Source: Bythopirellula sp.
GTDB taxonomy: Bacteria > Planctomycetota > Planctomycetia > Pirellulales > Lacipirellulaceae
DNA length: 64,000 nt
Reading direction: 5' to 3'
Assembly (NCBI GenBank): GCA_965216565.1
Contig: OZ244170.1
Coordinates: 1,184,001-1,248,000, forward strand
Below the pieces are notes generated by a model. It was not told the origin of the DNA and made no database searches. It saw nothing but the letters and a program-made list of their open reading frames with translations. The translations under genes were made by a program, and so were the position numbers. The stretch's first letter is position 1. Every line of letters starts with the position of its first letter. Below, in pieces: positions 28,060 to 38,446 of the stretch.

Positions 28060-31000
28060 ATGGTCCATGCAAGACTCGTGTTGCTAGTTACTGGGATATT
28101 GCTCAGTATTCCAAATCTTGCGAGCTCTGAGTCTAAGCCAGCTGGGACGAGCGTCGACTACACGCGCGATATCCGTCCTATCCTCTCCGATTCGTGTTAC
28201 GCTTGCCATGGACCTGACGAAGAAAGCCGCGAGGCGGAGCTGCGGCTTGATCTACAGGAGAGTGCGTTAGGGGAGGGCAGCTCTGGGGATTTCATCTTGC
28301 TCCCTGGTAATCCAGCGGAGAGTGAGCTCTACAAACGAATCTCCAGCGTCGACGAAGAAGAAGTGATGCCACCGATTGATTCGGGTAAATCGCTTACTCC
28401 CAGCCAAATTGCGCTAGTTCGTACTTGGATCGAGCAAGGCGCACCGTGGAAAGAGCATTGGGCGTTTGTCGCTCCGGAAAAGTCTGAGCTTCCCTCCGTG
28501 AAGAATCCCGACTGGCCCAACAACTCGATTGATTATTTCATTCAGGAAAAGGTCGAACAGCAAGGTTGGCAGCCTGCACCGGAAGCGGAACGAGAAATTC
28601 TCCTGCGGCGTGTGACGTTTGATCTGACTGGTTTACCGCCAACATTGGCTGAGATTGAAGACTTCCTGGCCGATCAGACATCGGGCGCCTATGAGCGGGT
28701 TGTCGATCGTCTTTTGCAGTCGCCCCATTATGGCGAGCACATGGCGCGATACTGGCTCGACGGGGCCCGTTATGGGGACACGCACGGCTTGCATTTCGAT
28801 AACTATCGGGAGATGTGGCTCTACCGCGACTGGGTCGTCAAGGCTTTCAATGAGAATAAGCCCTACGATGAATTTGTGATTGAACAATTGGCGGGTGATT
28901 TGTTACCCAACCCCACGGTTGATCAGCAGGTGGCAACCGGGTTTTGCCGTTGTCATGTTACGACCAACGAGGGTGGTTCCATCGAGGAAGAAGTCTACGT
29001 TCGCAACGTGGTTGATCGCGTGAGTACCACGGGAACGGTCTTTATGGGTTTGACGCTGGGATGTGCGGTTTGCCATGACCATAAGTTCGATCCCATTTCT
29101 CAAAAGGAGTTTTACCAATTCTTCGCATTCTTCAATAGCTTGGATGGCCCGTCGCTGGATGGAAACGTGAAAGACCCAGCCCCGATTGTCAGCGTGCCCG
29201 ATGAAGAACAGTTGGCTTCGCTTGAGGCACTACGCGAGACTATCGCCGCAACGCGGGCGAAGCGCGAGGAGAGACTGCAGTCGGAGTTGCCCGAATTTGC
29301 CAGCTGGCTCGCCCAACGGCGGCAAGACTTTCAGCAAAGCGGTACCAATCCGCCATTGGAAGTTTCAGAAGGTCTAGTGCTGCATGTCAATTTTGAAGAC
29401 GGGGTAGGGGGGCAAGTTGAGAATAAAGCAAACCCGGAGCAGGTGGCTGTCGTCCATGGAAGTCCGCGCTGGGTGGACGGCTTGGCCGGACAGGGATTGG
29501 ATTTTACCACGCACAGCTACCTCGATTTTGGCAATGCTGCCGATTTCCAGGACGACCAGCAGTTTAGCTACGGGGCCTGGGTCCGCGTGAAGCCGCAGCT
29601 CAATGGTGCGATCATTGCCAAGGTAGATATCGCGGGAATGTTCAAGGGCTACGATCTTTCTGTGAACAACGGCGTGGTGAGTGCGCGAATCACACGCCGC
29701 AGGCCGGGATACTCTATCAAAGTCTCCACGAAGAAGAGCGTTCTGCAGCCCGACCGATGGCATCACGTGCTGGTGACTTACGACGGTTCGAAACTTGCTG
29801 GCGGTGTGGTGATCTACATTGACGGCGAGCGGCAACCCATCGATGTGCTTGCCGACTCGCTCAAACACAAGGGGGGGATCCGGCACTCAAAGCCATTGCT
29901 AATTGGCCGACGCGATACCGAAGCTGAGTTTGCCGGCGGTCAGATGGACGATGTGCGAATCTACAATCGGCGGCTTTCCGACGCAGATGTTTTGGCCATT
30001 TATCTTGGTAGCCAGTTGGCTCCGGTATTCAGTACGTCTCACGAAAACATCACCGAAGAACAGCTTCGAATGTTGCGGCAACTGTATTTGGTTCGAAACG
30101 ACCCGGCATATATTCAGTACACAGACAGCTTAGACACACTCGCTAGCGAGCATCGCCAGGAATTATCGCAGGTGCCGACGACGCTTATCTTCCGGGAGCG
30201 GAAGAATATACGCGATGCTTTTGTGTTATTGCGTGGCGAGTACGATCAGCATGGAGAGAAGGTCTCGCGACAAACTCTCGACTGCCTCCCGCCGATGGAG
30301 GGAGAAATGTCTAAAGATCGTTTGGGCCTTGCGCAATGGATTGTGGCTGATGAGCACCCGCTGACAAGTCGCGTCGCGGTGAATCGATTTTGGCAGCAAT
30401 TGTTTGGGATCGGACTAGTTGAAACTAGCGAAGACTTTGGCAGCCAAGGGTCGCCGCCATCCCATCCAGAGTTGTTAGATTGGTTGGCGGTAGAGTTTCG
30501 CGATCGCGGTTGGGACGTTAAGGCCTTAATGAAACAGCTCGTGATGTCTGCCACTTATTGTCAAAGTTCCCATGCGAATTCAGAACTTACTCAGCGCGAC
30601 CCTCAGAATCGGCTTTTGGCCCGTGGTCCCCGTTTCCGGCTCGACGCCGAAATGCTGCGCGATCAGGCACTGGCGGTGAGCGGTCTGTTGGTGGACGACA
30701 TCGGCGGTCCGGGCGTCAAACCCCCGCAGCCGAAGGGACTTTGGCATGCCGTTGGATTCACCAACTCGAATACAGCAAACTTCGTTGCAGATACGAAGCC
30801 AGCCGAGATTCACCGCCGCAGCCTTTATACATTCCATAAGCGAACCGCTCCTCCTCCGGAAATGAGTACGTTCGACGCACCTTCCCGGGAATCGACTTGC
30901 GTCCGACGCGAACGGACCAACACACCGCTGCAAGCGTTGCTCTTGCTGAACGATCCGCAATATTTCGAGGCAGCCCGGGCGCTGGCTGAACGAGCCTTGA

Positions 31001-31269
31001 AAGAGTCCGGCAATACCGCAGCTGTGCGTGCCGCCTATATGGTGCGATTAAGCACGGGACGCCATGCCAGCGAAGATACTGTTGCCGAGCTAGTCGAGCT
31101 TTACGAAGATCAGCTTCGCATTTACCAGCAAAACGAAAGCGAAGCCCAGGCCCTGCTTGAATCAGTGGGTGAACAGCCAGGACCGGATCTGGACAGCAAC
31201 GAACTTGCCGCCTGGACGATTGTGGCAAATCTCATTCTGAACTTGGATGAGGTGGTGAACAAGAACTGA
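28060..31269 (+). CDS. Planctomycete cytochrome c / DUF1549 (PSCyt2) / LamG / DUF1553 (PSD1) protein
   Basis: Signal peptide; CYACHG and CAVCHDHKFDP haem motifs; LLRRVTFDLTGLPPT; PSHPELLDWLA; NTPLQALLLLND. Confidence 0.93.
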   Translation: MVHARLVLLVTGILLSIPNLASSESKPAGTSVDYTRDIRPILSDSCYACHGPDEESREAELRLDLQESALGEGSSGDFILLPGNPAESELYKRISSVDEEEVMPPIDSGKSLTPSQIALVRTWIEQGAPWKEHWAFVAPEKSELPSVKNPDWPNNSIDYFIQEKVEQQGWQPAPEAEREILLRRVTFDLTGLPPTLAEIEDFLADQTSGAYERVVDRLLQSPHYGEHMARYWLDGARYGDTHGLHFDNYREMWLYRDWVVKAFNENKPYDEFVIEQLAGDLLPNPTVDQQVATGFCRCHVTTNEGGSIEEEVYVRNVVDRVSTTGTVFMGLTLGCAVCHDHKFDPISQKEFYQFFAFFNSLDGPSLDGNVKDPAPIVSVPDEEQLASLEALRETIAATRAKREERLQSELPEFASWLAQRRQDFQQSGTNPPLEVSEGLVLHVNFEDGVGGQVENKANPEQVAVVHGSPRWVDGLAGQGLDFTTHSYLDFGNAADFQDDQQFSYGAWVRVKPQLNGAIIAKVDIAGMFKGYDLSVNNGVVSARITRRRPGYSIKVSTKKSVLQPDRWHHVLVTYDGSKLAGGVVIYIDGERQPIDVLADSLKHKGGIRHSKPLLIGRRDTEAEFAGGQMDDVRIYNRRLSDADVLAIYLGSQLAPVFSTSHENITEEQLRMLRQLYLVRNDPAYIQYTDSLDTLASEHRQELSQVPTTLIFRERKNIRDAFVLLRGEYDQHGEKVSRQTLDCLPPMEGEMSKDRLGLAQWIVADEHPLTSRVAVNRFWQQLFGIGLVETSEDFGSQGSPPSHPELLDWLAVEFRDRGWDVKALMKQLVMSATYCQSSHANSELTQRDPQNRLLARGPRFRLDAEMLRDQALAVSGLLVDDIGGPGVKPPQPKGLWHAVGFTNSNTANFVADTKPAEIHRRSLYTFHKRTAPPPEMSTFDAPSRESTCVRRERTNTPLQALLLLNDPQYFEAARALAERALKESGNTAAVRAAYMVRLSTGRHASEDTVAELVELYEDQLRIYQQNESEAQALLESVGEQPGPDLDSNELAAWTIVANLILNLDEVVNKN

Positions 31270-31298
31270 GGCTCTCCTCTTGATTGAGGGATTTAGAT

Positions 31299-32762
31299 AT
31301 GGATCCTATTCAGCAACATTTTCAGAACCTGACGCGCCGCCATTTCTTTCAGCGTGGCACGTTGGGGCTTGGCACGGCAGCGTTGTCGTCGATGCTTCCC
31401 GGAAGCGTTTGCACCGCGACGGCAAATATGGGTTCTTCTAATGGACTGCCGGGCCTTCCTCATTTTGCTCCGCGTGCGAAACGGGCGATCTACTTGTTCA
31501 TGGCGGGCGCGCCATCGCAGATGGACATGTTCGATTACAAACCGAAGATGGCCGACTGGTACAACAAGGATCTTCCCGAGTCGGTCCGCATGGGGCAACG
31601 ATTGACCACAATGACCAGCGGGCAGGAACGGTTTCCGCTGGCGCCCTCGAAGTTCTCTTTTCAGCAATACGGCAAGAACGGCACCTGGATTAGCGAGTTG
31701 TTGCCTTACCACGGTCGGATGGTCGACGATATTGCAATCGTCAAATCACTGTACACCGAAGCGATCAACCACGACCCGGCTATCACTTACATTTGCACCG
31801 GCAATCAGTTGCCTGGTCGTCCGAGTCTGGGAGCTTGGCTCAGTTATGGGTTGGGAACAGAGAACAACAATCTACCTTCGTTTGTCGTCATGACCGCCAC
31901 CTGGTCGGGATTGCCCGAGGCACAGGCGCTTTACAATCGTTTGTGGGGGTCCGGATTTCTAGCCAGCAAACATCAAGGTGTCGCGCTGCGGAGCCAGGGC
32001 GATCCGGTGCTATTTCTTTCGAACCCCGAGGGCGTCGACCGGAAGACGCGCCGCCGTATGCTCGATTCGCTGGCTCGCATCAATCAACAGACGCTCGAGA
32101 AATTTGGCGATCCCGAGACGCAGGCGAGAATCACCCAATATGAAATGGCTTTCCGTATGCAGAGCTCCGTGCCGGAGTTGACGGACTTGTCCGACGAGCC
32201 GAAGCACGTGCTCGATATGTATGGCCCAGACGTCCATAAGCCGGGCACGTTTGCTGCCAGTTGTTTACTGGCGCGGAGAATGGCGGAGCGTGATGTGCGG
32301 TTCGTGCAGATTTTTCACCGCGGCTGGGACCAGCATAAAAACGTAGGCGGCGACTTGCCCGACCAATGCCGCGACGTCGATCAACCTAGCTGGGCACTGA
32401 TTCAAGATCTGAAACAACGCGGATTATTGGATGACACCCTGGTGATTTGGGGCGGCGAATTCGGCCGTACGATTTACTGCCAGGGCGAACTAACTCCCGA
32501 GAATTATGGCCGCGACCATCATCCGAAATGTTTCACGGGTTGGCTTGCCGGGGGAGGCATCCAACCGGGAATTGTTTATGGAGAGACGGACGACTTCAGT
32601 TACAACATCACTAAGAACCCGGTGCATATCCACGATTTGAATGCCACGATCCTGCACTGCCTGGGCATCGACCATAATCGCTTGTCCTACAACTTCCAGG
32701 GACTGGATATGCGGCTCACGGGTGTCGAGCAACAACAGCCGGTGTTCGATATCCTCAGCTAG
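31299..32762 (+). CDS. DUF1501 domain protein (Tat signal)
   Basis: [48 protein letters not shown]; usual partner of DUF1553 genes. Confidence 0.93.
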   Translation: MDPIQQHFQNLTRRHFFQRGTLGLGTAALSSMLPGSVCTATANMGSSNGLPGLPHFAPRAKRAIYLFMAGAPSQMDMFDYKPKMADWYNKDLPESVRMGQRLTTMTSGQERFPLAPSKFSFQQYGKNGTWISELLPYHGRMVDDIAIVKSLYTEAINHDPAITYICTGNQLPGRPSLGAWLSYGLGTENNNLPSFVVMTATWSGLPEAQALYNRLWGSGFLASKHQGVALRSQGDPVLFLSNPEGVDRKTRRRMLDSLARINQQTLEKFGDPETQARITQYEMAFRMQSSVPELTDLSDEPKHVLDMYGPDVHKPGTFAASCLLARRMAERDVRFVQIFHRGWDQHKNVGGDLPDQCRDVDQPSWALIQDLKQRGLLDDTLVIWGGEFGRTIYCQGELTPENYGRDHHPKCFTGWLAGGGIQPGIVYGETDDFSYNITKNPVHIHDLNATILHCLGIDHNRLSYNFQGLDMRLTGVEQQQPVFDILS

Positions 32763-32810
32763 GGTCACCACTGGCTTGGATCACTGGAAACTGCGAAAGG
32801 ATTTTTCCGC

Positions 32811-34283
32811 ATGACAATTTCTCGTCGACGATTTCTCAAGAATTCCGCGTTAGCCACCACGTCGCTTGCCTTGCCGGTGGGATCGGTTCGAGGGGTTGTT
32901 GGCGCTAACGAGCGTATTCGCGTTGCCGTGGTGGGCGTCGGAGGACGTGGAAAACAACATATTGATGGATTCAAAGAACTTGTCGTGGCACTGTGCGATG
33001 CGGACCAACATTTTCTTGACCTCAGGGCCGATGAATACAAGCAGGAATATGGAACAGCCGTCGAGAAGTACACCGATTATCGCAAATTGCTCGAAGATCC
33101 CCATATTGATGCGATATCGATCGCTACGCCCAACCACACGCACGCGCTCATTGCCATTGCAGCCTTGGAGGCGGGCAAAGACGTTTATGTGGAGAAGCCA
33201 GTCTCGCACAATATTTGGGAAGGGCGGCAGCTAGTTCAGGCGGCTGAAAAGTACGACCGCATCGTGCAGAGCGGAACACAAATGCGTTCTAGCCCGTGCG
33301 TGGCAGAGGCGGTTTCGTTTGTGCAGTCGGGCAAACTTGGCAAGATTCTGTACGCCCTTGGGACTTGCTACAAACCTCGCAAGAGTATCGGCCAGAGTGA
33401 ATCGCCGCTGCGGTTTCCTGCTTCCTTAGGTCGCGACCTATGGCTGGGGCCAGCGGCCGATGTGGCGATCTATCGTCCCGAAAACAACTCCCGCCGCGGA
33501 TACAATCCGCATTACGATTGGCACTGGGACTACAACACAGGCAATGGCGACGTGGGCAATCAAGGCATTCACGAGATGGACGTGGCCCGTTGGTTCCTGG
33601 GAGAGAGTTTGCTGCCACGTCGGGCGATGAGTATCGGTGGACGTTTCGGATACAAAGATGCGGGCAACACGCCTAACACCCAAGTTGCCTATTTCGATTA
33701 CAGCAATGCTCCTCTAATCTTTGAAGTGCGTGGCCTACCGAAATCGAAGGCGGGTCAGCAGGATTGGAGCCATTCGATGGACAACTATCGTGGCTCGCAG
33801 ATCGGGGTGATTGTGCAGTGCGAACATGGCCACGTGTTAGTGGCGGCCCACGACCAAGCCACGGCAATCGACAACGATGGTGAGATCATCCAGAAATGGG
33901 AGGGCGTAGGAGATCATTATCAAAATTTCCTGCAGGCGGTTCGTTCCAGGAAGAAATCGGATCTAAACGCCAGCATCCTCGAGGGACACCTGTCGAGCGC
34001 GCTTTGCCACGTAGGCAATATCTCGCACCGACTTGGAACCCAAGTTTCTTCCCAGGAGATTCAAGGCGAAATCGAACAGCATGAGCTTATTGCTGATTCG
34101 TTTCAGCGCATGGTGCATCATTTGAAAGCCAACGAAGTCGATCTCGCGGGTGACGATATCACCCTCGGCCCGTGGTTGGAAATGGAGCCTGAGTCGGAGC
34201 GATTTTCGAACAACGCAGGTGCGAATGATTTGTTGACGCGGGAGTATCGTACTCCATTTGAGATACCGAAGATTTCGATGTGA
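32811..34283 (+). CDS. Gfo/Idh/MocA family oxidoreductase (Tat signal)
   Basis: SRRRFLK, VGVGGRG, IATPNHTH, DVYVEKP, NQGIHEMD. Confidence 0.92.
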   Translation: MTISRRRFLKNSALATTSLALPVGSVRGVVGANERIRVAVVGVGGRGKQHIDGFKELVVALCDADQHFLDLRADEYKQEYGTAVEKYTDYRKLLEDPHIDAISIATPNHTHALIAIAALEAGKDVYVEKPVSHNIWEGRQLVQAAEKYDRIVQSGTQMRSSPCVAEAVSFVQSGKLGKILYALGTCYKPRKSIGQSESPLRFPASLGRDLWLGPAADVAIYRPENNSRRGYNPHYDWHWDYNTGNGDVGNQGIHEMDVARWFLGESLLPRRAMSIGGRFGYKDAGNTPNTQVAYFDYSNAPLIFEVRGLPKSKAGQQDWSHSMDNYRGSQIGVIVQCEHGHVLVAAHDQATAIDNDGEIIQKWEGVGDHYQNFLQAVRSRKKSDLNASILEGHLSSALCHVGNISHRLGTQVSSQEIQGEIEQHELIADSFQRMVHHLKANEVDLAGDDITLGPWLEMEPESERFSNNAGANDLLTREYRTPFEIPKISM

Positions 34284-34745
34284 AACACTATGGTGATTGT
34301 TGCATTTTCCAAAGAGTGGTCGCGAAGTCACCAGAGAAGGCAGTGACTAAGAAACTCTCGTTATGATTGAAACGCTCTACGCTGATGTGTGCTATCGCAC
34401 ACAGGGTCGCGGGATGGGTAGCGAAGCGCTGCGGAGGACTCTCGGTAGCTTCTTAAATTTTGCTAATTGCATAAGTAATTGGCTTAAAAAGATACATATG
34501 TACTATTGGAAAACCGTGAAAAGGTTTGCATCGCTCCTGAAAGTCGTTTATCATGCGAAGTGTGTAGGCTGCGCGAAAAAGAGGAAATCGCACCGCAAAG
34601 CCGATACATGAACCGCTTGGTTTCGTGTTAGGATACACGGAAGTTAGCTCGTCTAATCCCGTCAACTGTTTAGTTCTAATCGAACCACGTGTCCTGCAAC
34701 TGGGTGTCGTGCAAGTTTGACATCTTTTCAAGAGGGGAAAAGCTC

Positions 34746-35825
34746 ATGATTAAGAGTCTCGTAAGTTGTGCTTCCATCGCACTGGTATTCTGCCTATCTG
34801 CTACGCTCAGCCAGGGGCAAGAAGTTTATGACTTTGACGGAGGCGGCGACGGCACCTCCTACAGTGATCCGAACAACTGGGTCGTAGTCACCGACCCCAA
34901 TGGAAATCCAGGTAGCGGTAATCCCGCCACTGCGCCGCAATCGACAACTTTTGCAAACATTGGATTGCCTGGTGTGGTGGTCGATGTGACCGATCCAAAC
35001 GCGTCAACGCTGGTCGTCAACATTCGCGGAACGGGTTCGGCGTCGTTAGGTGCAGGTTTCTTTTTAAGTACGGGTGGCGATCTCGCAATAGGTACCGATC
35101 CTAATGGTGCAGCAACAAATGCACTTTTCACAATGACTGGCGGTACACAGGAGACAACAGGTTCCGGTTCAGATATCGAAGTCGGTCTTTCTTCTCCCGG
35201 AACTATGAATATGAGCGGGGGTACGGCAAGTGCACGCGATGATGTTGTTGTTCGCACGGATAGTGCTCTTAACGTAACGGGCGGAACACTAAACGTCGGT
35301 GACCGTTTAATCACCGAAGACAATGCCATCGTGACGAACGATGGTGGCTCGATTATCGCCAGTGACGATTTCTTCTTCTTCGGCAATTCGCAAATTACGC
35401 AAGAAAACGGCCTGATGGAAGTCAAAGACAAAATGCGCTTCACAGGCGATCCGAATGATGGTGTTTCCAAGTTAACGATCAACGGTGGTACTGTTCGTAC
35501 TGAAGAATTCCATTTCAACATCACCACAATTGATGATTTCCGTGGCATTACTGAAATTAACGACGATGGCGTGCTTCAGGTCATTCAAGGTGACGGTAGC
35601 ACTCAGAGTGAATTGACAATTCGAATGGCGCGGGACTTGATTGCCGAAGGCGTTCACCTGACAACTGCTGGAGCAAAGCCGCTGGGAGCGTTTTCGGTCG
35701 TTGTTCCAAGCTCCATTCATGGAACGAATTTGACCTACACGCAGATTTCGGTAGTTCCAGAACCTGCCTCGGCATTGATGCTCAGCCTGGGTAGTTTGGG
35801 TCTTCTGATGCGACGGAGAAAGTAA
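34746..35825 (+). CDS. PEP-CTERM protein with beta-strand (xxGG) repeats
   Basis: Signal peptide; C-terminal VPEPASALMLSLGSLGLLMRRRK; five DPN motifs. Confidence 0.9.
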   Translation: MIKSLVSCASIALVFCLSATLSQGQEVYDFDGGGDGTSYSDPNNWVVVTDPNGNPGSGNPATAPQSTTFANIGLPGVVVDVTDPNASTLVVNIRGTGSASLGAGFFLSTGGDLAIGTDPNGAATNALFTMTGGTQETTGSGSDIEVGLSSPGTMNMSGGTASARDDVVVRTDSALNVTGGTLNVGDRLITEDNAIVTNDGGSIIASDDFFFFGNSQITQENGLMEVKDKMRFTGDPNDGVSKLTINGGTVRTEEFHFNITTIDDFRGITEINDDGVLQVIQGDGSTQSELTIRMARDLIAEGVHLTTAGAKPLGAFSVVVPSSIHGTNLTYTQISVVPEPASALMLSLGSLGLLMRRRK

Positions 35826-35999
35826 ATCCTGACCATTTCGTTCAAGGTTTACTTGTTCGAAAATTAGGAGAGAAGTTTTGCAAGGGCGTCGGGGTTGTCC
35901 TGGCGCCCTTGTTCTATTTATGTCATTCAGAATGAATGTGTGCTAGATAACATCGGAATAAAGCCAAACAGTGATCAACTGGAAAAGGGAGTGGCTGTA

Positions 36000-37361
36000 A
36001 TGTTTAGAATACTTGCCGGTTTTGCCTCGATGGCAGTTCTAGTAGTCTTGATGTCTCCTCTGGCTATTGGTCAGCAAGACGAGATCTATGATTTCGATGG
36101 CTCGCCAAGCGATCCCAACTATGCCAACGATCCTAACAACCAACCCTATGATCCAACCGACTGGATGACCTCGGTCAATTGGAGTGACGGTGGTTCCGAT
36201 CCGTTTGGAGGCATATTCGGACCACTACTACCAGACTTCGGAACGCGTGTTGAACTGGAAGAAGATAAGTATGGCGCCAATGCTCCTGTTGTCGGTCCTG
36301 GCGACGTAGCTGAGGCGTTCGGCATACGGATCGGTCGCGCGGGCGGCGGCAATTTGCTCGGGGAAGGTCTACTGACAGTCACCGGTGGATCACTGACAGT
36401 CAGGGATGGCGGGATGAATTGCGCATTGCTGGGTGGCGATAGTTGTTCTCGACTGCGTGTCGGGAATGCTCAGGTGGCAGTCGACGCCGAGCGTTTTCCG
36501 GGAACGTTCGACGTTCAAGGAGGTACTACAACGACCGACACCCTATGGATCGGCAGTGGCTCGCGCGGCACGGTGAACATGAGCGGTGGTGTGGTCAATA
36601 CGCGCAATCACCTCTACTTTGATTGGACCTTCGATCCCACTAGCGCCGCGGGCCCAGATCCGAATAGCAGTGTCTTGAATATGACCGGCGGTACGATCAA
36701 TGTTGCCACTCAATTTGTCATGCATCGCACGTCAAGAATGAACTTGGATGGCGGGGAAATCCTCGTTACCGGGCAAGCTCGGTTTGGGAGCACCTTAGAC
36801 AACCCGGGCGCTTCACAGGGTGGTCAGCAAGACCCGAATGTTGACGTCTCGATTACCGATGGCCTATTTGAAGCCGGTGGTAGACTGCAAATTGGTGGTT
36901 CGGTGGTTGTTGATGGTGGAATTCTTCGGGCGCGAAGGTTCGAGGAATCCCTTAGTGCCGGCACGATCGAAGTGAACAGTGGCGGCCTGCTGCAGTTCGA
37001 TAATTCCCAAGAGAGCGTTTCGGCAGTGCAGACACTGATCACTAGTGGTTTCATCACCACAAGTGAGAGCTCGCCCCTTACCGTCTCGATCGTTGATGTG
37101 GGCGGTACCGATTTCACCCAGGTCTCGATCGATTCGGGCATCCTCGGCGATTTCAACATGGACGGAAACGTCGATGGCCTTGATTTTCTATTTTGGCAGG
37201 AAGATCCCAATGTTGGCCCTCTTAGTGATTGGGAGGGGAACTACGGTTTTACCTCGATCAGCGCCGCAGTGACGAGTGTGCCCGAGCCATCGTCGATTGC
37301 GTTTGCCATGCTTGTATGTTCAAGTTTAGGGATCCGATTTAGAGGCTTCGAACGTCAATAG
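36000..37361 (+). CDS. PEP-CTERM protein with beta-strand repeats and dockerin-like EF-hand
   Basis: Signal peptide; GDFNMDGNVDGLDFLFWQ; VPEPSS followed by TM helix and basic tail; five DPN motifs. Confidence 0.9.
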   Translation: MFRILAGFASMAVLVVLMSPLAIGQQDEIYDFDGSPSDPNYANDPNNQPYDPTDWMTSVNWSDGGSDPFGGIFGPLLPDFGTRVELEEDKYGANAPVVGPGDVAEAFGIRIGRAGGGNLLGEGLLTVTGGSLTVRDGGMNCALLGGDSCSRLRVGNAQVAVDAERFPGTFDVQGGTTTTDTLWIGSGSRGTVNMSGGVVNTRNHLYFDWTFDPTSAAGPDPNSSVLNMTGGTINVATQFVMHRTSRMNLDGGEILVTGQARFGSTLDNPGASQGGQQDPNVDVSITDGLFEAGGRLQIGGSVVVDGGILRARRFEESLSAGTIEVNSGGLLQFDNSQESVSAVQTLITSGFITTSESSPLTVSIVDVGGTDFTQVSIDSGILGDFNMDGNVDGLDFLFWQEDPNVGPLSDWEGNYGFTSISAAVTSVPEPSSIAFAMLVCSSLGIRFRGFERQ

Positions 37362-37409
37362 TCGGCCTCACGGGGATCGACGTTAAGTGGAATTGATGGG
37401 AGACACGAA

Positions 37410-37910
37410 TTGAAGACACGGATGAATGGGGAAGGTGTCGTTCGCAGTGCCCTGCGAACGCCGACAAATCGCGACCCTCTGGCAAGTTCCAGAGGTGTTC
37501 TCTCCTGGTTGTTGACTTGCTTGGTGCTAGGTGCAGCAGGATGCAGCGATGGTCGGCCTCCACGTGTGACGGTATCTGGACAAGTGCTGATTGATGGGCA
37601 GCCGCTGCAACAAGGCTCGGTGCAGTTTATTCCGAAAGGAGGCCGTCCTGCGGTAGGGAAAATTGACGAGAATGGCCGCTTTACCCTGTCAACCTACGAT
37701 ACCGATGATGGCGTCGTGCTGGGAGTCCATCAGGTGGCTGTTAACGCCTCAGAATATTTGAGCGCTAAAAAAAAGAAATGGCACGCCCCCAAGAAGTACG
37801 CCACATTTAGAACTACGCCCCTCACCCAGGAAATTACAGGCTCGGTCGATTCGTTAGAGATCAATCTTACGTGGGATGGTGGCAAGCCATTCGTGGAAAG
37901 GGTGAAGTAG
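37410..37910 (+). CDS. Planctomycete lipoprotein (carboxypeptidase-regulatory-like fold), DUF1559-associated
   Basis: Lipobox AAGC; VSGQVLIDGQPL..GSVQFIP..G.IDENGRFTL..PKKY. Start uncertain. Confidence 0.8.
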   Translation: MKTRMNGEGVVRSALRTPTNRDPLASSRGVLSWLLTCLVLGAAGCSDGRPPRVTVSGQVLIDGQPLQQGSVQFIPKGGRPAVGKIDENGRFTLSTYDTDDGVVLGVHQVAVNASEYLSAKKKKWHAPKKYATFRTTPLTQEITGSVDSLEINLTWDGGKPFVERVK

Positions 37911-37912
37911 CT

Positions 37913-38389
37913 ATGAGATCTTTCACCAACAAAATGTCTCATCTAGGCCTGACAACTTTGAGTTGTGCGGTCCTATCACTTGCCGCGATCGGTTGCGATC
38001 GAGGCCCGCAAACGGTTCCCGTAAAAGGCAAAGTATTGCTCGACGGCGAACCGCTCACTGTGGGTTCAATACGTTTTGTTTCCGACACTGGTCGTCCTGC
38101 GGGAAGCATTGTCGGGGAAGATGGCTCTTTCAGTGTTGTATCTATTTCGGGAAATGATCGAAAGCAGATCCACGGCTTGGTTCCAGGCCGCTATCGCATG
38201 TCGATCAAGGCCACCGAGATGCTCGGCGAAGAAGAAGATGCTGAGGTGCGTTGGCTGGTGCCTCGTCGTTATGCAGATACTCGTACGTCCGGACTGTTGG
38301 CTGATATCGAGGAGCCGACTGAGAATCTGATCGTGAAACTTAGTTCGGATGATTCAATGGAAGAAAACTCGGAGAACGACGATCGCTAA
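37913..38389 (+). CDS. Planctomycete lipoprotein (carboxypeptidase-regulatory-like fold), DUF1559-associated
   Basis: Lipobox AIGC; VKGKVLLDGEPL..GSIRF..VPRRY...TSGL. Confidence 0.8.
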   Translation: MRSFTNKMSHLGLTTLSCAVLSLAAIGCDRGPQTVPVKGKVLLDGEPLTVGSIRFVSDTGRPAGSIVGEDGSFSVVSISGNDRKQIHGLVPGRYRMSIKATEMLGEEEDAEVRWLVPRRYADTRTSGLLADIEEPTENLIVKLSSDDSMEENSENDDR

Positions 38390-38446
38390 TTTCTCGGGTG
38401 GTCCTTGGAAGTGAACGCTAGTCCAATGGTAAAAAGGGAAATAATC

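Noticed and set aside
34510..34555. LacI-type operator-like TGAAAAGGTTTGCA upstream of the PEP-CTERM cluster
   Set aside because: Lacks the central CG, and no LacI-family gene is in the window to support it.
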